A stretch of 64,000 bases of DNA from Macrostomum lignano (lineage: Eukaryota). The stretch lies in assembly GCA_002269645.1 (NCBI GenBank), contig NIVC01002140.1, positions 62,001 to 126,000 of the forward strand, read 5' to 3'. Positions 22,940 through 33,476 of this stretch are shown here, one piece after another. Position 1 is the stretch's first letter. Each line of letters opens with the position of its first letter. Made by a program: the position numbers and the translations under genes. The notes beneath the pieces are model-generated. The model did no database searches. It saw nothing but the letters and a program-made list of their open reading frames with translations, and was not told where the DNA came from.

Positions 22940-25044
22940 CCCCCCTCGCTTTGACGATTCAACAAAATTGTACATGTCAATGTCTGTAAGAAGTTCAATG
23001 TACCAATCTGGATCTTGATCCCATTTCATTTTAAGCAAAGATTCCCAGCTAGTGGCAGGAAGAGACACATAATGTGCTGGATCGAGGCCATATGCTGTGT
23101 ACCAGGTGTATCTGAAGGTTTCAAACACATCGGCCAGCAGAAACACATCTGTGTAGAGGTAAAGCAGGTGATACTGGAAGAAGTTTTGACAAAGTAATTA
23201 TAGACATACTTCGCGTGCTCATAGTCTTTGTCAGAGATTCCAGAGTCTGTTAGCTTTGAAAAGAACTTTTCGTGTGGTGGTAAACCTTCTTCAAATACGT
23301 GATACCCAGTAATATTTTCATAGGGGTAGAAGCCTTTCTTTCTTAAAAGTTTAAATGACTCATCAGTGTTGTTAATTTTACTTGCAAACATCTTTGTATA
23401 TGTACATTGTTCATCTTTTAGATTCTTGCTTAGTTCGTCTAGACTGGCAGCTAGAAATTGATATGAATCCTTCAGTCTTATTTTACCTGTACCCGAATTA
23501 TCCTGTTTAATATCAACGCACTTAAACTTCTCCTTGTTCTCTGCGATGCAGTCAAGGTGTATGTCTGGAATCATGCCGATTTTTTCAACTATTAAATGCA
23601 TGTCATAGTTCTTTGCGTTGTGACAAAATATCGTTAGATCATGAATGTTCGATTTTAGCTTTAGATTACAGGTGTTATGCGCTGCACCTCTAAATTTCCC
23701 AGTAAAGTGGCAGTGGTCCCTAACGGTGGGGTTTTTAAAATCAGTGCAAGTTAACTGTTTCCTGCAGATGTGGCAATGAGTTGCTGATAGGAAATTTCTT
23801 TCATCCTCCTCAGACATACTTATTGGAACAGGTTGAAGGGTGCTAATTACTCTTTGCAACTCTAACATTCTAGCAATAAACTGCTCCACACACTGCTCTC
23901 CAAAGAAATAATTATACTCAACAAGTCCTTTTGTAGTAATAAAGGCATATGCTACTGAATTTGGGACATGTTTTTGAGTTTCTGGCATGATTGAGCATTC
24001 AAAATCAGCATATACAACAAATGGGAGCTTCTCCATCTTGTGATAGTTCTTAAACCGGAGATACTTCTCTTCAGCTGAAGGAAGAGAGCAGTTTGTGGGG
24101 TGATCCTCACATGATAATTCATGCTCTGTTAGTTTTTCAAAGCGTTCAGGTCCACTGTAATGCTTAAGGCACAAGCGGCAGATGGCAACAGCCTCGTGAT
24201 GATTATTCAACTGCTTGTGAATGAGTCTTGAAAGATCTTTAACCCAAACATAGTGAGCCTCCTCTAGTAAATTACCAATCACTAGAAGATCCACTTCAGT
24301 CCGCCTTTTCCCCTCAGGATCTAAAACGTCTTTGCTACATCTGACCGGCTGAACTTTCTCAGTTTTTTCACTCCACTCAAAGACTGTGATTCTAATTTTG
24401 TTATTAAACACTTCTTCTAGCTTTGGGATCTGAGAGATCGCCAAGCCTCCTTTGTCAAACCTGATTCCCTTCTTTTCGCATTCGATAAGATAGTACTTGA
24501 AATAATTTTGATAATTTGAGGTTCTTTCGGGGTGGTGAGGGACACTAAAAAGTGCAGAAAGTACTGCCCATAGAGCACAGAATTTGTCTTTATTTTTAAC
24601 ATTTATGCAAGCTTTTTTGCCGGTTAGCTTATGCGGGAGCTCTATATAAGAGGAGGCTTTAAGTGGGTCATATTTCATGACCATGACAGTCGCTCTTTGA
24701 ATCCCTCCTACGACCCATCCGGAACCTCTGGATGTAAACGCTTCAATTTTCTTAGTGACATCTTGAAGGAAAGGATCCAGCGTGTCTGTAGGGGTGAATG
24801 GCTTTGCCTTTGTTGTCATGTAATACTCGAGATGCTCAGTGGGTTTCGCAGGCATATAAAACGCAATCTTGAATGATATCTGTAGTTTAAAGGTCTTGCG
24901 TGTTTTGAGTGTGTGATCAACAACTGATTGGATGCTGTCTTTATAGTCGCAGATGTTTGCGGTAGTGTCGTTAATCCGGATTGTGTACTCTACGTAATGT
25001 TCTGTAAACTTCCTTTTGTGCAAAATTAATCTCTTCAATGGCAA
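22940..25044 (-). pseudogene. Polinton-type family-B DNA polymerase, N-terminal/exonuclease portion with endonuclease-VII-like Zn module, truncated
   Basis: SGWVVGGI, INVKNKDKFCALWAVLS, FVVYADFEC, CHICRK..VRDHCHFTGKFRGAAHNTCNL, FCHNAKNYDMHL, KDSYQFLAASLDEL, KKGFYPYE. After a frameshift near 23170 comes LADVFETFR..YGLDPAHY..KRGG, where it is cut. Confidence 0.9.
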
Positions 25045-25504
25045 GTTCCGACTCTTTTAAATGGATTAATTGCTCTAATTTCTCTTGTTCCTGCTTATTT
25101 TGTGGGTACTTTGCTTTTTCACCAGTGAGAGTTTCGTAATTGTTAACTAAGTTGCGACTCCTCTCTTGGTGTTCCTTTGCAGGATTTTTTATAGGCGCAT
25201 ACTGGTTGGATTCTAATTGATTGATGATTTCCAACTGTTTTTCATAGCTTCCCAGGTGACCGGGGTCGGTGTTAAACATTTGCTTGCATGCTTCTCTTAG
25301 TAAATTACTTTTGTCTTGAAATGGGACGCCTTTTTAAAAGTATTTGTTGACTAAATCTTTTGCTGGATTGGCTTTTGGCATTTTTTCTCTAAAATATAAA
25401 AAAAATTTGAGGGTTACCACCCTGATAGAAAAGTTGAACTGTTTCTACATCCTATAAGTAGTGTTAGGTTTATGAAGCTGGATAAAGTGGGGTTTTAAAC
25501 CTCA

Positions 25505-25969
25505 TCACATGCGCATTATTGCAAACACAGCATTGTGCAGTGTCATGATGGCTTTGACAATGTCAGACTTGCTTACAGAATTTTCATGCTCACAATCATC
25601 ACAATCATCACGATCATCAAAATCCGGGCAGCCCTCTCCTGCCTTAATTGTTATACCTTTATCTCTTGCAATCTTTTGCAATTCAAGCTGGTGGGCTCTA
25701 TCATTACCAGCTTTAACAGCAGTTGCTACACCTCCAGCTACACCACCTGCGGCACTTACAGCGCCTGCAATGATCGGAATAAGAGCTGCTAATGGTAGGA
25801 TTCCTCCTGACTTTTCATCTGTGATGCTGTGTCTTTGTTCGTTACACTGAACTATTTGCTGCGTGGGATCGATTTTTACTTTGGCACCTTTAATTGATAT
25901 AAGACCTGGTTTCTTTGATTCAATGATTTTATTGAGTTTATTGATGGTTCTGGTTTCAATCTTTGTCAT
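25505..25969 (-). CDS. Small Polinton/adintovirus protein with a GG followed by a hydrophobic Gly/Ala-rich segment (putative virion/membrane-active protein)
   Basis: KSGGILPLAALIPIIAGAVSAAGGVAGGVATAV; ATG start; lies between integrase and PolB. Confidence 0.55.
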   Translation of the reverse strand: MTKIETRTINKLNKIIESKKPGLISIKGAKVKIDPTQQIVQCNEQRHSITDEKSGGILPLAALIPIIAGAVSAAGGVAGGVATAVKAGNDRAHQLELQKIARDKGITIKAGEGCPDFDDRDDCDDCEHENSVSKSDIVKAIMTLHNAVFAIMRM

Positions 25970-25985
25970 TTTTTATTTTAATATT

Positions 25986-26980
25986 TTAATTAATTTCCGT
26001 GTCAGCTGGTATCACTAGGAGTTCAGCTCTAGTGAATGACCGCGTGGGGGATTTAGGGTTAAAGGCCTGAGATAAAAAGTAATAGTCACCGGAGTCGGAG
26101 GTAAAATGTCTGTCTATTTTATGTACATCAAGGCTGAAGTATGGATCTGTAGCTCTTCTTTTGGTGTCTTTCTCTAGCTCTCCAGGTAGATATAAAAAGC
26201 GTAGAAACTCAGAGTTTGTCAGTATGTATGGTGATTCAACTCCTGGAAGCTTAGGGTAGTTCGAGGTGTCTGTTCTATGAGATGACTTAAGTTCGACAGT
26301 GTCTTGTTTAATTGCATGGGATGGTTTCAATCCAGTCATGCGCGTGACTTCATTGTTCAGTTGTTCTATAACAGTGGGGAGCCGGTCTGTCCACTTGGTA
26401 TAGTACTGACCACTTTTTAGTTTCAGCTCTTCAGCTGTCTGCTTAGTGAATAGCCTCTTGGCTAGAGTTAGATTGAATCTTTCCACAAAAGCCTGGTCTC
26501 TGGGGAGCTCAGTTCTGCCATAGCGAATCTCTGTATTTTCTTTTCCATAAGTGATTTCACTGCACCCATGAATTCCTTACCCTGATCGGCCATGAAAATT
26601 TCTGGATTGGTTAGAGGAGAGGTTTTATAGATCTCTTGCAGTGCGCTGGCAACAACCTCTGACTTCTTCGTCTTGAGTGGGCGAGCTTCCTTATATCTGA
26701 AAGCAACGTCTATAATTGTGAGAGCATACTTGTAGCCCGAGTCATTGGGGAGAAACAGAAGATCTGCTTGGTGCGCCTCATTAGGTTTATAAATACTGAA
26801 ATGGGGTCTTTCAAATTTTACTGGTGGGAAATAGACTTGAAAGACAGCCTGCTTAGAGAGCCATTTTTCTACTGTAGCTTTTGGTTCCTTACTTAGTTCT
26901 GTGAGTTTGGTGACTGCATTTTTTCCTACAAAGAATCCTTTGTCGCTGTAGTAGAGTTTTTTAAGTTTCTGATCTGTCAT
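25986..26980 (-). pseudogene. Polinton retroviral-like (rve) integrase, frameshifted near 26500
   Basis: LKKLYYSDKG, HQADLLFL, FMADQGKEF, then DQAFVERFNLTL in the next frame, giving a D,D,E triad. Confidence 0.88.
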
Positions 26981-27009
26981 TTTTTAAAAAGAAAATTTAA
27001 AATAAAATA

Positions 27010-27522
27010 ATGCAGCGCTCTGGTGGTAAGTTAGATTCACATGGACTGATAGAAAAGCTTCCTCATCCAAACATAGGCTGGACAGTTCCCGGCTTTAAAT
27101 ATTGCGGGCCTTTGAATCCACTTGAAATACAGTTAGATAAAAACAATAATCCAAATCCTGGGCATGAGCCTGTGAACGAGCTGGACTCTGTCTGCATGTG
27201 GCATGACGTTAAATACAGAGATTTTCCTGAGGAGAAGAATCGCTGGGACAAAGAAATGCTTAGGAGACTAGACAATATAGGGGCTTCAAGCGGGTGGAAG
27301 GAATCGATCGCTCGGAAGCTAGTTAAAGCTGTTATTTTTAGTAAGGCAAAGTTGGGATTAGGAATGGGCGCTGAGGGTGGGTGCACAGGGAGAGAGGGCG
27401 GGTGCACGGTGTGCTCGGGAGCAGGGTTTATTTTGTGCGCTCCTAACAATGAATTGGAAAGGCTCTTGAAAGATATGGGGGTAGAGAGAGCGCGCGTGGG
27501 GGGAGAGAGATTTTCACTTTAA
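27010..27522 (+). CDS. Parvovirus-VP1u-like phospholipase A2 (adintovirus-type)
   Basis: PGFKYCGP Ca-loop-like motif, PVNELDSVCMWHDVKY (HDxxY catalytic motif) and KAKLGLG. Confidence 0.85.
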   Translation: MQRSGGKLDSHGLIEKLPHPNIGWTVPGFKYCGPLNPLEIQLDKNNNPNPGHEPVNELDSVCMWHDVKYRDFPEEKNRWDKEMLRRLDNIGASSGWKESIARKLVKAVIFSKAKLGLGMGAEGGCTGREGGCTVCSGAGFILCAPNNELERLLKDMGVERARVGGERFSL

Positions 27523-28392
27523 CTGAGCCCAGCCGGGGAAGAATTCCGTCTCGAGTGAAGGCCAGAATGCAAAGGATTTCGGCCTCGCGCAAGGCCAAAA
27601 TGAAAAGGATTTTGGCCTCGGGCGAGGCCAAAATTAAAACGATTTTGGCCTCAGGCTAGGCCAAAATGAAAACGATTTTGGCCTCGGGCGAGGCCAAAAT
27701 GAAAAGGATTTTGGCCTTTCAGTTTTTTAACGCAATTGCTTAATGATTTCTTCAAAGTTATAGTAGCTGTCGTAATCTTTTACATAGGTTACTCCATACT
27801 TATGAAACCAGTGTCTTTGGCGAGCTAGATTAATATTAGGGACATTGATATCAACGTCGGGCCAATATTTTCTCATGTACTCGCTGCATTCTAGTTTGCA
27901 TCGGTACTTGCTCTTGTAATTAGGCTCGTGCGCTTTGTAAAAAGAACCTGGAGAGACGATTGAAAACATTTTTATTAAGAATTTAATTTTTTTTCAAAGG
28001 GTAAGGACCCTGCGCTGATAATTTAAAGTCTTAGGGATTTGGTTTCGCCGCTTTGGATTGAATGTGGGGAGAAGAATGCAGATTCTTTTCTGATTGTTTC
28101 GAATATGCTATGGGTGGATGTCAGTGGATGATGTAGGACACTTGTTATGCTCTTATTCTGTCGTGGAGGAAGGAGGATAGGTTAGGAGGATTATGTTTGA
28201 AGTTTTGTGAGCGAGTTTTTCTGACTCTGTCAGGGATAATATGGATGGATTTATTGGGATTATGGAGGACGTTTTGTGAGCGAGTGCGACCCCCCTTTTT
28301 TCTGATTCTGTCAGGGATAATATGGATGGATTTAATGGGATTATGGAGGACGTGAAAAATTTTGTCCCAAAAGCCCCCTCATGCCTTCTACT
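27484..28392. repeat. Polinton terminal inverted repeat (~0.9 kb) with GGCCAAAA/TTTTGGCC repeats and ~60-bp direct repeats
   Basis: It is homologous to 45247-46080 and 59880-60715. Confidence 0.85.
27727..27969 (-). CDS. 80-aa ORF embedded in the Polinton TIR, function unknown
   Basis: ATG start and intact in all three TIR copies. It differs from the other element at 7/80 residues and has synonymous changes (AAG AGC vs AAA TCC; CTA vs CTT; GAG vs GAA). Confidence 0.6.
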   Translation of the reverse strand: MFSIVSPGSFYKAHEPNYKSKYRCKLECSEYMRKYWPDVDINVPNINLARQRHWFHKYGVTYVKDYDSYYNFEEIIKQLR

Positions 28393-28770
28393 CAGGTCTA
28401 AGCTGCTGAATACGTTGGAGCCCACCAAACTATCAAATGACTCTTCTATCAGCGGCAGAGGAAATGAGCACGGCTTTATGTGCTTGTTTAGGGCGCGGTA
28501 GTCTACGCACAGGCGATACGTACCGTCCTTCTTTTTCACAAGCACAATTGGTGAAGACCAGTCAGAGTCGCACTCCTCAACCACTCCCTGGTATAAAATC
28601 TGGGCAATATGCTTGTCTAAAAACTCTTTCTGGGCCGGCGTTGTCCGCCTGGACGGTTGGGAAATCGGGCGGCAGCTCGGGTCTTTGAGCTCGATCGTCA
28701 TCTCATGCAGCGTGGTCTTGCCTAGGTCTGTTTCGGACTGAGAGATTTGACTAAGGAAATAATTTAACAT
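28393..28770 (-). pseudogene. pol: Gypsy reverse transcriptase, N-terminal part
   Basis: DLGKTTLHEMTIEL..WSSPIVLVKKKDGTYRLCVDYRALN..FPLPLIEE..FSSLDL; interrupted by the Polinton. Confidence 0.93.
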
Positions 28771-29875
28771 CTTGACGGTGGTCCAGCTGCTTCTTAGTTA
28801 GGTTAGAGTCTAGCAAATTGAACTGGTTCATTAGCCACTTGGCTGTCCCTGGATCTGGGTAGGGTAGTCTTGCCAGCTTGTCATTGAGCAGATCTACCTT
28901 GTCGAAGCTGAAATCACTTTCGTTAAGCCGGGTGCACACCACGCTCTCGTCGTCCCCTAGCTTCTTAAATGACGCTACCTCCTCACCCTTGGCAACAGTA
29001 ATCTCGTCTTCACTGCTATTCAGGACCCTAACTAACACGTGACTGGTGGGGCTGACCTGGTCTAGAGAATTAGCGACCACGATGGCCGAATCTGATTCGA
29101 ACAGCCTCGTGCTGACAACCCCATGGGCGTTGCTCTCGGCGTCTATGGCTCTAGCTGGGACCAGGGCTTCTGAGAGCGGCGGCAGGACCGTGTCGCAAGC
29201 GGCGACCACACGGTTGACGCAACAGATGTCACTAGATCCCCGCAGGGTTGGGACATGCTCGCCTGCACAAGTCACACGGTCACAGGTCATGTCCATGACA
29301 ATTTGGAAACTGCTGCAGAAATCCAGTCCTAAAAGCGTCTCCCTCAGGGAGCCATCGATAACTAGGAAAATGTGCTGCTTCTTCAGTTTGCCTAAGCTCA
29401 ACTCGTACTCGAGCTTTCCCAGGATTTCTGAGCTGGCTCCGTTGAACCCAGTCGCAGTTCGCTGGATTCGGGCGGGGGTGAAGACATTATTGATGGGGTC
29501 CGCCTCTACTAGCCTGTCTCTCATCTTGGGGCAAATCAGCGATGCATTGGCTCCAGGTTCCAAGAGAGCCACGGTCTTCGTCTCTTCGACCTCGATCTGA
29601 ACATAAAATCCCGCCTTGTAGTGGGGCAGGTCGGAAGAGGCCTCCGCACACTTGGGGTCTACCGAATCTGCAGTCACGCTGATGGCCCGGTCTCTGGTCT
29701 TTCCAGCGTCAGCAACACGGCCGAAGGTCACATGGGTGCCCACTAGCTGGTGGTTTAAGGCCAGGTCCATCAGGGGCTGCACTAGCTGGGACAGGTGCAC
29801 GAAAACTGAATCTCCGATTTGAGAGGACCGGACGAACCCGTAGGAATCTTTCCAGTGAGTCACTACTCCCCTCTC
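28751..29875 (-). pseudogene. pol: Gypsy pol 5' part: cold-shock domain followed by aspartic protease (catalytic DTG appears as EPG)
   Basis: RGVVTHWKDSYGFVRSSQIGDSVFVHLSQL...VGTHVTF...RAISV (RNP1/RNP2-like motifs of CSD); ALLEPGANASLI...LLGLDF. It is in frame with gag across a TGA at 29876-29878. Confidence 0.8.
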
Positions 29876-31075
29876 TCAGGGCGGTCTTGGGGCTCGACTT
29901 CCCTCTGTCCTTTGGGTCGAACGGCTGCGGGCCCTGAACTTCGATGGGGGCACACTGGCACCTGGCTCTCTGGGATGGGGACACTCAGCGATCAGATGGT
30001 CTGTCTCCCCACACCTAAAGCACTTCGGTGGCCTACGGTTCTTGTGATTATGGTTACTGGAATTCAGGACATGCTGCGGTGGCTGATAACTCTGGGCTCC
30101 AGGATGTCTATGGTCGTTTACTGTCGTTTGCTGCTGATTTGACTGTTTCTTTTCGAGCTCCTTGATCCTTGCCTTCAGGGCTTCGATCTCGTCTGACTCA
30201 ACACTACGGACTTTCGGCGGTTCCGCTAATTTGAGTAACTGTCTAGTTTGGGCGGCGTCTCGGGCTCTGTTTAAAAGTCCTTCGAGCGACGGCCTTGGCT
30301 TCTCTTGCAGCAAATTGATTAACTTTTCTGCGATTGACTTGTCTGTTAACCCATAGCAAAATCGCGTCCTAACTAAAGGCTCGTACTCATTGCGGCTTAA
30401 GTTCGCAGAGTTAGCAAGGCTAACGAGGCGATCGAAATATTCTTGAATACTTTCAGACTGCAGCTGCTGGGCGGAGGTAAGCTCTATATAAAACTGGTCC
30501 ACATGCGTTGGTTCGCCGTACCGACCCTTAAGCTGCTTAACAGCGGTTTCGAAAACTTTCTCGTGCAGTCTCTGGTTATAGAAGTACTCTTGGCACTCTG
30601 GCGACAACGATGACAGCAGTACAGCTGTCCAGTGCTCGCGTCCTATGTTATTCGCTTCTAAGTACAGGCTGAACTGGGTCCACCAAATTTAGAATTTCAT
30701 TTTGGGCGAAAAGGCGGCTGGGGGCCTGAGCCGAGGGCTCGACTTTGTAGACTTAACATTGTCACGGATCTCTGCCAAAGTCCTGGCCAGATCGCCCAGG
30801 GAAGTCTCGCACTCCTGCAGGTCACCTTCATCTGTCTCCGCCTCGTCATCACCAGCTGTCTCTGGCAATCTAATTTTACTGCCAACTGTCTCGCTTTTAC
30901 CTCCTAGCTCTGTCTCTCCACTTCTACCTCCTAGCTCTGTCTCTCCACTTCTACCTCCTAGCTCTGTCTCTCCACTTCTACCTCCTGGCTCTGTCTCTCC
31001 ACTTCTACCTGTCCTAGCTCCACGCGCTGCTCGTTTCTCTGTACTTGGCTTGGCTACCGACTCGGACTCTGCCAT
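29876..31075 (-). pseudogene. gag: Gypsy gag with CCHC zinc knuckle and a 27-bp tandem repeat near the N-terminus
   Basis: CFRCGETDHLIAEC; QLQSESIQEYFDRL; in-frame TAA at 30689-30691; GGRSGETEL repeats at ~30890-31010. Confidence 0.88.
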
Positions 31076-31379
31076 GACCTTGGCAGCTAAGTATTACAGA
31101 CTACTGAGTACAGACACACTGACAGGCAATTAAAGAGGGAACCCAGCAAGAAAAGAGCCAAGAATAAAAGAGAAAGTGGCAGTTTATAAAATAACCTAGC
31201 TATTGAGTCTCAATCTGTAAGCAATCCTATTATAGTTACTGCCACAATAGGCCCTATTCTACTTGACAAAAATATGAATTCAGTCTTAACTGCGACGCTG
31301 GACCGCGGGTCCGGCCGTTGAAGGAGCTCGCCGCTCGCCAGGCCACTCGGTTCACCGGTCGGTCCGGTCTGCCTCAGCT

Positions 31380-31472
31380 CGGCTCGACTCGACTCGACTT
31401 AGCTCGACTCGGCTCGACTCGGCTCGACTCGACTCGAATCAGCTCGACTCGTCCCAGGCCCAGCTCGACTCG
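31380..31472. repeat. (CTCGA/CTCGG)n pentamer-type microsatellite in the Gypsy 5' UTR
   Basis: gctcgactcgactcgacttagctcgactcggctcgactcggctcgactcgactcg. Confidence 0.8.
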
Positions 31473-31981
31473 TCTCGGTCGCTGACGCTGCTCAGCACTG
31501 GCCGGCGTTATCGATGGTCACCGCTGGCTGTAGGCTTAGGCTGAAGTCGCAGGCTGATGAGTGATGATCGACAGACTGCACTTGCACTGTTGACTGCAGT
31601 AGGCCCTCGCGCAGGTTGCAATCACAGGCAGGCAGTATACAATTGTAGCTGCAACGGGCGCTTTACCAGTGCGGCGCTCTCAACTCAACTAAAAAAATTG
31701 ATGAGTGCTCGAGTGCTCGCGGGGCGGCAGACAGACAAAAACACGACCTGATGACTCAGCAGACTTGTTGACAGATTTTGCAGAATTAGGCTGGCCTTGG
31801 GTTGGTACAAAACTGGTAAACAACTTAAGCCTTAGGGTTATTTCTTGACTTGTATTGGCCTCTAGGTCCGACAGACTAGCAAATTTGTGTTGACAATTGT
31901 CACGTGACTAATTGGCTGGCTGGGTTGGCTGCGGGTGGATGGCCTTGGCTTTGATCGCGTGACTTGGGGGTTGTTGTCCAG

Positions 31982-32913
31982 GGGCCCGTGCTATAGAATC
32001 AGGAGTTAGGAGTTAGGAGCTAGGACTCAAGAGTACTCTTGACAAGGAGTGATTGAATTTTGTGTGCTATAGATTTCAGGAGTTAAGAGTTAGGAGCTAG
32101 GAGTTCTCGCAAGGAGTGCAGCCTAGGAGTGGGGGTGTGTTCAAGGAGTGTTGCGCCATCGTTTAAGGATGATAGAGAATTGTGTGCTATATCACAATCC
32201 TAACTTTACGGTCCTTAAGGATTGAAACTCAGGAGTCAAAATGCAAATTGCTAAAAAATATATTTTGTGAGAGCCGTCGCTGCACGCAAAGAGGTTCTCT
32301 TTGGTGCGTTTAGTACAACCATAACTAAGAATGCGAAGATTGCTATGTGGCAAGACGTGATATTGGAATGCCGTGAAAAGTTTGGTACAAAGATGTTCGA
32401 TTCTGTGTCGAATTCTATCTGTTAGGCTTGAAAGCTGGATCTCGTTAAGTCTAAAACGCATAGCACTCTCGGCTGGATCTTCTTCAAAAAAAGTAATTCT
32501 TGTCTTGAATTGTCGACGGCGTCTATCATTGACTCCTTCCTCATCAGAATCCGATTCGCTGTCCGAAAACATTATAATCCTGTCTAAGAGTGAAAATTGG
32601 CCCTTGAACTCTTGCTTAGGAGTCAAGAGTTAGGAGCGAAATTTTCTCATTCTATAGGACACACGCTCCTAGAATCACTCCTAAAAGCCAACTCCTAGCT
32701 CCTAGCTCCTAGACTTCCTCTCCTAATTCTATAGCATGCCACGGACCTTAATGAGTTCTCCTAAATTCACCCAGGAGTCTCCTAACGTCCTTAAGGAGCC
32801 TCCTAGCTCTTAATATTTACTCTTGATTCTATAGCACAGAAAAGCCAGCAGGAGCTAGGAGTTAGGACACTCTTAAGGATTTAGGAGTTAAGAGTATTCT
32901 ATAGCACGGGCCC
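31982..32913 (-). mobile_element. Non-autonomous PIF/Harbinger-type element (932 bp) with CAG TSD
   Basis: TIR GGGCCCGTGCTATAGAAT / ATTCTATAGCACGGGCCC; CAG at 31979-31981 and 32914-32916; many subterminal TAGGAG repeats. ORF 32192-32626 has an acidic patch and an RFRL motif like Harbinger transposase N-termini. Confidence 0.8.
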
Positions 32914-33152
32914 CAGTTCAGAGTTGGCCGCCAAAGCGTAAACTGGTTCAGACCGGTTTTCTAGTCGGCAGACAGTACGCTCAGTACTTTGCAGTGGCGC
33001 TAGCAGATAGGCGGCTGACTGAGGTACAGGCAATGTCACTGGCAGTGGCAAGTTGGCTTCCCGTTGCCGATTGCAGATTCCATACGATGCAGATGGTTAG
33101 CAATGGTTGTCAGCGATGTAGATTGCAGGCTGGGTCAGTTTTAATTTAGCCG

Positions 33153-33169
33153 TCTCGGTGGGACCTCCA
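33153..33169 (-). promoter_or_regulatory. Primer-binding site complementary to the tRNA-Gln 3' end
   Basis: The plus strand reads TCTCGGTGGGACCTCCA, the conserved 3' end of metazoan tRNA-Gln plus CCA. It lies 7 nt inside the 5' LTR. Confidence 0.8.
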
Positions 33170-33476
33170 AAATTAATGTGACGCGACCCTTCTTGTTCGG
33201 TGCTGACAGCTATGCACTTATCAATAAATGAGTCTATGTAGCAAGAAAGTTTAAAATTTAACTTCGACTGATTGTATGTCGTATTATATTATTTATTTGA
33301 AGACAGGAGTTATAGCGAACAACCACGCTGCGGGCCAACCAAAACACAGCACGCACGAGACCAAACAGGAAAAAACTAGAGAGCGAGTCTAGCGCGCAAA
33401 AATGCGATATAACAGTCTTTTAAATAATCCTCGTATTTCCATGAATGGTACAGTAAAACAAATTTTACGTATAAAT

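Larger units (their letters stand above)
22940..28392 (-). mobile_element. Polinton/Maverick (adintovirus-like) arm inserted in Gypsy RT; its left part was deleted together with the rest of RT
   Basis: The terminus AGTAGAAGGCATG sits at 28392 (minus strand). The ~0.9-kb TIR resembles 45247-46080. It carries PLA2, rve integrase and PolB. Gypsy RT stops at SLDL exactly at the terminus. Confidence 0.9.

Noticed and set aside
28153-28392. C-terminal half of ORF 28153-28770
   Set aside because: It is read-through from Gypsy RT into the Polinton TIR; the same text appears in ORFs 45145-45435 and 60527-60856.
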